This document shows positions 57,608-64,000 of a stretch of 64,000 nt of DNA, one piece after another. Each line of letters starts with the position of its first letter. Position 1 is the stretch's first letter. The notes under the pieces were generated by a model. It had not been told where the DNA came from and did not search any database. It saw nothing but the letters and a program-made list of their open reading frames with translations. A program made the position numbers and the translations under genes. This stretch comes from a plasmid: the sequence record NZ_CP090789.1; one strand, written 5' to 3'.

Positions 57608-58332
57608 AGGGAGAGACTATGGGCAAGCGCTACCTATTTGCACTTACAGCGATCGCGTTCGTTACGTCGGGCCATCTAAGTCACGCACAGGTTGTTTCCC
57701 AGCCCGTCGCTACGCCGACCGTACCTGGATGCTTTGCTCCCCGTTCGTGGACGGCAAGAGACGGCTACTACCAGTGCCTGATGCCACCGGTGAATCCGGG
57801 TGGGACATCGCCCGGCGGATCAGATCCGGTCGACGCCGCGCTTCAGGTCTGTGGCTCGATCTTGGACAGACTCGATAACTTCCTGAAGTCGGCCTCGATC
57901 GATATGCAGCCGGTAGCGACGTGGACGCCATCCGGTGGAGACTACCTGATAACGACCAACCACATCGCGTGGTCTACGAGTCGTGGAAGCTTCATCCCGA
58001 CGTACAACACTGCGAACGGCGGCAATCTTGGGCAGGTGCTCCGCTCGTCGAGCACATACGTCGTGTCGAACGCGACGACATACGGTGCGATCGCGGTATC
58101 GCGGCCGGGCTGGTTCTCATCTCAGTTTGGCACTGGCGTTTGGGACCAATATCTCTGGATTGCGAGCTGCCTCTATACACCCGAGAGGCAGCAAGTGCTG
58201 CTGACGTGGAAGAACTGGATGGGGTACGACGTCAGCGCTGGTTGGACGCCCTGTCCGATCTACGGCAATAGCAGCGGGACCGTCTGCTGGGATAGCGCAC
58301 GTAAACAGGGATTGGGGGGCAACCGCTGGTGA
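57604..58332 (+). CDS. Secreted Cys-containing hypothetical protein (signal peptide)
   Basis: MGKRYLFALTAIAFVTSGHLSHA signal peptide. Overlaps the PilV-like stop (ATGA). Confidence 0.45.
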   Translation: MKGETMGKRYLFALTAIAFVTSGHLSHAQVVSQPVATPTVPGCFAPRSWTARDGYYQCLMPPVNPGGTSPGGSDPVDAALQVCGSILDRLDNFLKSASIDMQPVATWTPSGGDYLITTNHIAWSTSRGSFIPTYNTANGGNLGQVLRSSSTYVVSNATTYGAIAVSRPGWFSSQFGTGVWDQYLWIASCLYTPERQQVLLTWKNWMGYDVSAGWTPCPIYGNSSGTVCWDSARKQGLGGNRW

Positions 58333-58355
58333 AAAGATTCAGGTACGGGGATGCG

Positions 58356-58634
58356 ATGGTGGGGAAAGGCAATCGCGGTGAGCAGCAGTTGTCGACTGAG
58401 CTCGACTCACATGAGGCAAGGAAAGAATTGGACTCTCTATCGCAGCAGGACTTACTTCGACTTGCGATGAAGGAATTGAACCTGACGCGTGAAGGGATAG
58501 CCGCAAGGATCCACGCGCCTTTGCGGTCATTGAACAAATGGCTCTTGCCGGAGAACTCGGCCGACTTTCGGCCCATGCCTGACCTCGGGAAGGCGTTTGT
58601 TCGGGACATCATCCGATGGAACAGAAAATCCTAA
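58356..58634 (+). CDS. Small HTH regulator, paralogue of 44912..45163
   Basis: Shared conserved block LTREGIAARIHAPLRSLNKWLLPENSADFRPMPDLGKAFVRDIIRW. Lies immediately upstream of the second copy of the palindrome/-10 motif. Confidence 0.5.
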   Translation: MVGKGNRGEQQLSTELDSHEARKELDSLSQQDLLRLAMKELNLTREGIAARIHAPLRSLNKWLLPENSADFRPMPDLGKAFVRDIIRWNRKS

Positions 58635-58648
58635 AAAAATGGTTGATA

Positions 58649-58669
58649 GTCCCCATTGGGGATATATAA
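58649..58669 (+). promoter_or_regulatory. Copy 2 of the 21-bp motif TCCCCATTGGGGATATATAAT (palindrome plus TATAAT), about 50 bp upstream of the lipoprotein/T4SS operon
   Basis: Seen directly. Confidence 0.55.
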
Positions 58670-58719
58670 TGCGCATGGGTGACGATTACCCATATCTTCA
58701 ACTAGGAGAGAAAAGAAAA

Positions 58720-59859
58720 ATGAATGGCCAGGGCAAAAAATTCTCGCTGACCGTGATTAGCGTGCTTGTAGCGGGGGCGCTCGCCGCATGTGGTGGCGGT
58801 GGCGACGGCGGCAGCGGTGCCGGCAATAGTCCGACGACCGGAGGTGGTGGGAACACGGGCGGTACTAACCCGCCCGCCAGCACCAGCGCGCTCCCTCCGC
58901 AGACCTCGGTGCCGGCCGCGACGTATCCGGATCAAAGCGCTACGGCGACACTCTATGCGGCGATCAATAGTTACCGGCAAGCTCTTGGTGTTGGGCTCCT
59001 TCGTCAAGACGCCGCACTCGATGCGGCCGCCTCGGCGCATTCGAAATACGAGCAGACCAATCTCTTGAGCAGCGCGTTGCAGGCGCTCGGACATGACGAA
59101 GTCAGCACGTTGCCCGGATTTACCGGTGCATGGCCGCTGCTTCGGGCGCAAACAGCCGGCGCGCCCAAGTCACAGTTCGTTTCCGAAGTGGTGGCTGCCA
59201 ACTTCAGTGCGAGCGGGGACGTGGCAAACGCTCTTGGCTGCTGGACGCAACTCGTCAATACGGTCTACCACCTCGTGAGCGTGACTGCGAACACCGAGTC
59301 TGTGGGCGTCGGTGTGGCGACACCGTTGCAGGCGAATAATCCTGCCTACTTCTGCGTGATGGATCTTGGAACGTCGACGGGCCTTACCCGCTCACCGGAT
59401 CCGTCGAGTGCGGTCGACCTGAATGGGACGCCGTCGGAGGGCGGCCAGCAGGTCGATACGAATCTCGTAGTGACATCCCCTTACGATGGTGAATCAAATG
59501 TGGCGACCCGGATGTCCGCGGAATCGCCGAATCCTGCGAGCGACCTCTCGCAGCCGGGGCGCCCGATCATGGTTCGGGTGAATGCTGCTCAAAGCAATAA
59601 GCTGACCGCGACTTCGTTCCAGCTGACGGATGCATCGGGCGGGGTAGTGACGGCACGTCTTCTCCTGCCTGCGTCAGCTGTCTCCGGATCCGCGTCCGGT
59701 GCGATCGCTGACCCGAACAATCTCCTTCCGGCCGGTACGGCATTCCTGATTCCGACCGCGCCGTTGCAGCCGAATACTCGATACACCGTAACCTTCGCCG
59801 GCGCGCGTGACGGCTCCCCGCGAAACAAGACTTGGTCTTTCGTCACCGGAGCAAACTGA
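58720..59859 (+). CDS. Lipoprotein with a possible CAP/SCP-like domain and a Gly-rich linker
   Basis: Lipobox LAAC after MNGQGKKFSLTVISVLVAG, with an AGGAGAGAAAAG RBS. Central YRQALGVGLLRQDAALDAAASAHSKY resembles CAP-domain N-terminal helices. Low confidence. Confidence 0.45.
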   Translation: MNGQGKKFSLTVISVLVAGALAACGGGGDGGSGAGNSPTTGGGGNTGGTNPPASTSALPPQTSVPAATYPDQSATATLYAAINSYRQALGVGLLRQDAALDAAASAHSKYEQTNLLSSALQALGHDEVSTLPGFTGAWPLLRAQTAGAPKSQFVSEVVAANFSASGDVANALGCWTQLVNTVYHLVSVTANTESVGVGVATPLQANNPAYFCVMDLGTSTGLTRSPDPSSAVDLNGTPSEGGQQVDTNLVVTSPYDGESNVATRMSAESPNPASDLSQPGRPIMVRVNAAQSNKLTATSFQLTDASGGVVTARLLLPASAVSGSASGAIADPNNLLPAGTAFLIPTAPLQPNTRYTVTFAGARDGSPRNKTWSFVTGAN

Positions 59860-59866
59860 TCTAGGC

Positions 59867-59896
59867 GTACCACCCACACGCACGTGTGGGTGGTAC
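59867..59896 (+). terminator. Perfect 14-bp stem hairpin GTACCACCCACACG-ca-CGTGTGGGTGGTAC downstream of the lipoprotein gene
   Basis: Seen directly. No U-tract, so it may be a Rho-dependent, attenuator-like or protein-binding site. Confidence 0.4.
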
Positions 59897-59939
59897 TGCT
59901 GTGTCTGAGTAGTACAACTAATTTAGAGAGGAAATAGAG

Positions 59940-60302
59940 ATGTCGAAGCGAATTCAATTGCAGCGGATGAAGGCAGGGAAGACGCGTAGCCGTGCGATGT
60001 CCGTAGTCGGACTGGCGTTGCTGGCAAGCGGTGCGTTCGCGCTGCCGCAGTACGCGCACGCAGCAAGTAGCTACGGTACGTTGACCCAGCTCATCAAGGA
60101 TCTCGTGACCTGGCTGTTTATCGACGGCGGTCCGTACATCTTCATGGCGACGCTCGGCATCATCTGCATCATGGTCGGTAAGGGCTGGATCCACATCAAA
60201 TCCGGCGTCATCACGGTCGTTGTGTGCTTCCTCTTCTTCTGCGTACCGGCCGCCGTCGTCTATCTGAAGCAGCAAGCGGCTACCGCTATCAACAACGGCT
60301 GA
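59940..60302 (+). CDS. virB2: T4SS pilin (VirB2/TrbC-like)
   Basis: 120 aa with a long signal peptide and two hydrophobic helices, placed directly before virB3/virB4-like genes. Confidence 0.6.
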   Translation: MSKRIQLQRMKAGKTRSRAMSVVGLALLASGAFALPQYAHAASSYGTLTQLIKDLVTWLFIDGGPYIFMATLGIICIMVGKGWIHIKSGVITVVVCFLFFCVPAAVVYLKQQAATAINNG

Positions 60303-60320
60303 GCGCCCGGGAGGATAGAG

Positions 60321-60605
60321 ATGGAGCCGGAAGTTACCGAAATCCCGGTCGGACTGGTACAGCCATGGATGCTCTGGCATTGCCTCGCGGAGTTGTTCCT
60401 CGCCTCATGGATGCTCCCTGCCGTCATCTTTCTGTTCTGGCGGAACGTGTGGGTTCTGGCGTTAATACCGGTCCTCTTGATCGCCTCCTATCTCATCACC
60501 GCGCGAGACAAATTCGCGCTTGCGGTCTGGTATGAAAGCGCGGGGTCTGCGGTGAGATCCCGCGCGCGCGCTTACTGGAATGGAACGAAGACGTATGTCC
60601 CTTAA
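60321..60605 (+). CDS. virB3: VirB3/TrbD-like protein
   Basis: 94 aa with two transmembrane helices. Overlaps the virB4 start. Confidence 0.6.
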   Translation: MEPEVTEIPVGLVQPWMLWHCLAELFLASWMLPAVIFLFWRNVWVLALIPVLLIASYLITARDKFALAVWYESAGSAVRSRARAYWNGTKTYVP

Positions 60606-63111
60606 TGCTCTCGAGCGCTATTTCGACGGATCCCCGCTTCCGCACCAATCGGAAGGCGATCGCGATCAGGCAGCCGATCTGAAACTCGTGAAAGAAATCC
60701 CGTTCGGTGTCGACTCGTACTACAACGAGCATACGTTGAACACCATCGATGGCGCGAAGATCCAGATCATTCGCCTGACGGGGCTGTCGGCCGAGATGCT
60801 GGATGGATTCGGCATTCAGCACTATAAGCGTGGCCGCAATGAGGCTCTGCGCGCGATCTCGGATAGCAACGTCGGCATCTACGTTCACGACATTCGGCGA
60901 AAACAGGTGGTTTGGCCGGCTGGCGAGTACAAGTCGTGGTTCTCGCGCGTGCTCAACGACCGGTTCAGGGATCGCTATGAACAGGCGCCGCTCTATCGGC
61001 ATGAGATCTATATCTCTATTGTCCGATATCGTCATTACAGCGGCTCCGCTGGGCTTGTCGAGCGTGTCTTTAGCGCGTTTGATCCGACGGGGGGGCTCGG
61101 CCGAATGGAACGTGAGGATCGTCAGGTACGCGATCTCGAAGACAAGGTTAAGTCTCTCATGACGTCCCTGGCGCACTATGCGCCAGTCCGCCTTGGAGCC
61201 GTGGAGACGCCCGACGGAACATTTTGCGAGCTCGCGCGTTTTCTGCGATATCTCGTGACGCTCGAGGACGGCCCAGTCAGAGCTGGATCGTATGACCTCG
61301 CACAGGCGATCGCGACGGCCTATGTTCAATGCGGAAGGAGCAGTGTCCTGGGGAAGGGGGTCCTGGAAGTGAAGGGCCTGAACCACTGGCGGGTCGGGCA
61401 GGTGCTCGCGATGTCGCAGTGGCCAGCGGGGTCGCGCGCGGGCATGGGAGACGCATTTCATCGCGCCGACGCGGAGATGATCGTTACGCAAAAGTTTTTC
61501 CCGATAGACAAGCTCGATGCAAACCTGCAAGCGGCCACCTATGAGCGTCGTCTTGGGCACGCGCGAGACACAGCCGAGCAGGCCCAGCAAATCGCCAACG
61601 TTTTGAAGCGGCAAGCGGCGAATCGCTCCGTCAGTGGAACGCATCATATGAGCGTCCTGGTACATGTACCGGTCAACTCAACGCTTGCAGACCCCGAAGG
61701 CGAAGCGCTCAACAATCTCGATGACGCGGTGAGCCGTGTAGGTGAGGTATTCAAGGGGTGGGGCGTCCCTCCTATCGTCGAGACGACAGGGATGGAGCGC
61801 GCCTTCTGGTCGCAAATTCCTGGCGCCTCGAAGCGCCATAACGGCCGCGTTGGCAAGATTGAGACGCTGCAATTTGCCGACTTCGCATCAATGCATGGAT
61901 ATCCACAAGGGCGATTCGACGGCCTCTTGTGGGGCGAGTGCTTGCTGATTCTTCCGACTGAAGGCGGCACGGTTTACTGCTTCAACTTCCATGAGAGTCG
62001 ACCCGGGATGGTACCCGGTCACCTCAACGTAGTAGCGAAGACCGGCGTCGGGAAAACAACTCTCGTCGCGATACTGGTAAGCCAGGCAGACAAAGTCGAG
62101 CCACGTGTTCTTTGGTTCGACCGCTACGATGCTGCGACTGTGTTCTTCGAGGCCATGAATGGTCGTCAAATCATCCTGGGCTCCAATCAGTCTCTCGGCA
62201 ACCCGTGCAAGATGGACGACACACCAGCAAACCGAGCGATGCTTCGCGATCTTATCAAGATGATGGCGGAGTGCTACGGGTACAGCGTGACGATCGAGGA
62301 CTACGCCAGGATTCAGAAGGCGGTTGAGGACAACTTCGACGAAACAAAAACACCGTTCAAGGACCGGCGCCTCCGCAACATGATGTGGCAGTTTGGACGC
62401 GGAACGCCGCTCTACGATGCGTTGCAGATCTGGGTCGAGGATGGCGAAAACGCTGCGGTGTTTGATGGCGACGAGGACGATACGCTTGATCTGTCATCAA
62501 ATCGGCACGTCCGCGTCGAGATGAAGCATGTCATGAAAGACAAGGATGCTCGCCCGGAATTGCAGATCTACACCGGCTACCTTACGCATCGGTTCGAGCA
62601 AACCCTCGATGGCACGCCGACGATTGTCGTATGGGATGAGGCGCAGATTCTGGTCCGCACCGCCTTTTGGGCTCACAAGATCGAGACGTATAGAGAGACG
62701 TTCAGACGGCGAAATTGCGTGACCGTATTCATCACGCCGGATCCGAAGGCGCTGTACTACCCGGTCGAAGCAGTGATGAAACAGGCCGTCTACACCATTT
62801 ATCTGGCAAACGACCAAGCTACGCCCAAGGACTACATCGAGAACCTGTACTTCTCGACCTCAGAGTTCGAGTTCGTGCGGGACTCATCTCCGCAAAGCTA
62901 CAAGATGCTTATCAAGCCCGGATCAGGCCCGAGCGTACGGGCGTCTTTCGCCATGTCCGACATGGCGGATCTGATCCCGGTTCTCTCCTCGAACGACAAA
63001 GCTTGCGAGCTGATGAATCAGGTCCGAGCCGAGCTCGGAACGAACGAGCCAGAGAAGTGGGTGCCGGTGTTTTGTGCGCGTGCGGCTGCTGCCCGCACGC
63101 ATAACGTTTGA
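60595..63111 (+). CDS. virB4: VirB4/TrbE-family T4SS ATPase
   Basis: About 838 aa. Walker A GVGKTT and the Walker B/DEAQ region VVWDEAQIL. The start ATG overlaps the virB3 stop (ATGtcccTTAATG). Confidence 0.85.
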   Translation: MSLNALERYFDGSPLPHQSEGDRDQAADLKLVKEIPFGVDSYYNEHTLNTIDGAKIQIIRLTGLSAEMLDGFGIQHYKRGRNEALRAISDSNVGIYVHDIRRKQVVWPAGEYKSWFSRVLNDRFRDRYEQAPLYRHEIYISIVRYRHYSGSAGLVERVFSAFDPTGGLGRMEREDRQVRDLEDKVKSLMTSLAHYAPVRLGAVETPDGTFCELARFLRYLVTLEDGPVRAGSYDLAQAIATAYVQCGRSSVLGKGVLEVKGLNHWRVGQVLAMSQWPAGSRAGMGDAFHRADAEMIVTQKFFPIDKLDANLQAATYERRLGHARDTAEQAQQIANVLKRQAANRSVSGTHHMSVLVHVPVNSTLADPEGEALNNLDDAVSRVGEVFKGWGVPPIVETTGMERAFWSQIPGASKRHNGRVGKIETLQFADFASMHGYPQGRFDGLLWGECLLILPTEGGTVYCFNFHESRPGMVPGHLNVVAKTGVGKTTLVAILVSQADKVEPRVLWFDRYDAATVFFEAMNGRQIILGSNQSLGNPCKMDDTPANRAMLRDLIKMMAECYGYSVTIEDYARIQKAVEDNFDETKTPFKDRRLRNMMWQFGRGTPLYDALQIWVEDGENAAVFDGDEDDTLDLSSNRHVRVEMKHVMKDKDARPELQIYTGYLTHRFEQTLDGTPTIVVWDEAQILVRTAFWAHKIETYRETFRRRNCVTVFITPDPKALYYPVEAVMKQAVYTIYLANDQATPKDYIENLYFSTSEFEFVRDSSPQSYKMLIKPGSGPSVRASFAMSDMADLIPVLSSNDKACELMNQVRAELGTNEPEKWVPVFCARAAAARTHNV

Positions 63112-63125
63112 ACGGGGAAGGACCA

Positions 63126-63791
63126 ATGATGAAAATCAAAAGGAACCTCGCTGCCGGAGCGATTCTCGCGGCTGCCGCATTCGGTGTGCAGACGGTTCAT
63201 GCGACTGGGGTTCCGACTGTCGACGTCGCGACGATCGCGCAACTGAAGCTGCAGTACGACACCCTGATGGACATGCTGAAGAAGGCGAAAGACCAATATC
63301 AGGCCGTTACCGGTGTGTACTACAGGGGCAAGCAGGTAGTCGATTCGGCGAGGGAGATCGCGGACGCAGTTCCGGGAAGCTGGCAGGACATCGTGAATCT
63401 GCAAAAGAGTGGGAAGCTGGGACAGCTGACGTCGAATTACGAAACCATCATTAACACACTGCCAGTGGAGCAGTTTGCAGACAAGAGGACTGCTGCGAAC
63501 TACAAAATGGCAACGGACGCTGTTCGAAACGGGCTCGCTATTAGTCAGTCGCTATACGACGAGGCACAGGCTCACATCGAAAATTTCAAGCGTCTGGCGA
63601 GCCAGGTTGATACGACCTCGAATGTCAAGGATGCGGCCGATCTGCAGAACGCTATGTCCGCCGAACTCGGGATGGCGCAGGCGAGCCAAGCGAAGCTGGC
63701 CGCGATGTCCGCTCAATTGATCGCAAACCAAGTAAACGAAGTGAACCAATCTCGCGCGGACCGCGAACGATTTTTCACCCGCTCCAAATAG
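63126..63791 (+). CDS. virB5: VirB5/TrbJ-like protein
   Basis: Signal peptide MMKIKRNLAAGAILAAAAFG and a coiled-coil body. Position after virB4. Confidence 0.6.
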   Translation: MMKIKRNLAAGAILAAAAFGVQTVHATGVPTVDVATIAQLKLQYDTLMDMLKKAKDQYQAVTGVYYRGKQVVDSAREIADAVPGSWQDIVNLQKSGKLGQLTSNYETIINTLPVEQFADKRTAANYKMATDAVRNGLAISQSLYDEAQAHIENFKRLASQVDTTSNVKDAADLQNAMSAELGMAQASQAKLAAMSAQLIANQVNEVNQSRADRERFFTRSK

Positions 63792-63807
63792 TGGACCACA
63801 TGAGGTA

Positions 63808-63936
63808 ATGATGAAGCTCAAAGTTGCGGCTCTCGCTCTCGCGATAATTCTCGGCGGTTGCGCCCATGCTGGCGCGATCCAGAAATCACCATGTGCATGC
63901 GAATTTCACCAGCTCGCTAAGCATTCCTATGTGTAA
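63808..63936 (+). CDS. Small lipoprotein (42 aa; VirB7-like or TrbK entry-exclusion-like)
   Basis: GAGGT RBS and an ILGGC lipobox. Too short for the ORF track; found by reading the sequence. Confidence 0.4.
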   Translation: MMKLKVAALALAIILGGCAHAGAIQKSPCACEFHQLAKHSYV

Positions 63937-63958
63937 TAGAAATTGAAGGAGCATTGAC

Positions 63959-64000
63959 GTGACCCTTGAACAAGTCATACAGGACATCTTCAACCGCGCG
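63959..64000 (+). CDS. 5' end of the next T4SS gene (GTG start after a GAAGGAG RBS); truncated by the window edge
   Basis: Strong RBS with a 7-nt spacing. Only 14 codons are visible. Confidence 0.25.
   Translation, partial: MTLEQVIQDIFNRA

Noticed and set aside
1-64000. Searched for rRNA/tRNA genes, IS transposases and a restriction endonuclease partner for the methyltransferases
   Set aside because: No cloverleaf-like tRNA candidates or rRNA-like conserved stretches were recognised. No DDE transposase motifs and no REase-like ORF lie adjacent to either methyltransferase. The methyltransferases are therefore called orphan.

Overview
The window reads as a high-GC (~65%) conjugative plasmid backbone, probably Burkholderia-like, carrying lower-GC inserts. 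No rRNA, tRNA, CRISPR array or IS element is visible.

Order of the main blocks:
- 1..7871: a TraG/VirD4 coupling-protein C-terminal fragment, a DUF1173-like gene, a 1-kb structured non-coding gap, a TraA-type MobA/MobL relaxase-helicase, an RSF1010-like oriT and a divergent accessory gene.
- 7.9..26.8 kb: a putative leading region. Nearly all of its genes are on the minus strand. It holds a large ParB-like protein, two orphan DNA methyltransferases (one fused to a conserved N-terminal domain), a PAPS-reductase-like protein with a Cys-rich partner, a DUF3820-like protein, H-NS, an SRAP peptidase, and a LexA-boxed imuA-imuB-dnaE2 mutagenesis cassette. Two ~470-bp structured direct repeats sit upstream of two of the minus-strand operons.
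- 26.8..40.4 kb: a cargo island. It carries an orphan PAAR protein, a PD-(D/E)xK nuclease effector and an immunity gene (translationally coupled), vapBC, membrane and secreted hypothetical proteins, a 610-aa tyrosine recombinase, and an Abi_C-like multi-gene operon.
- 40.5..44.8 kb: a parA/parG partition cassette flanked by GATAGCTATC-type centromere repeats, ~15 oriV iterons (AAAGGTCATGGTTTGTGGGG), and repA.
- 47.3..57.6 kb: an R64/PAPI-like type IVb thin-pilus cluster (lytic transglycosylase, TcpQ-like lipoproteins, lipoprotein secretin, GspE-type ATPase, GspF-type platform protein, pilin, PilV-like adhesin).
- 59.9..64.0 kb: the start of a VirB/Trb-type T4SS (virB2, virB3, virB4, virB5, a lipoprotein), which probably wraps around to the TraG fragment at the window start.

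Most novel candidates: the duplicated structured repeats, read here as candidate single-strand (Frpo-like) promoters for leading-region operons; the PAPS-reductase/Cys-rich two-gene module; and the inverted-repeat-embedded start codons of the ParB-like divergent gene pair.

All coordinates derived by hand are ±2 nt. Family assignments rest on remembered motifs, not on searches.
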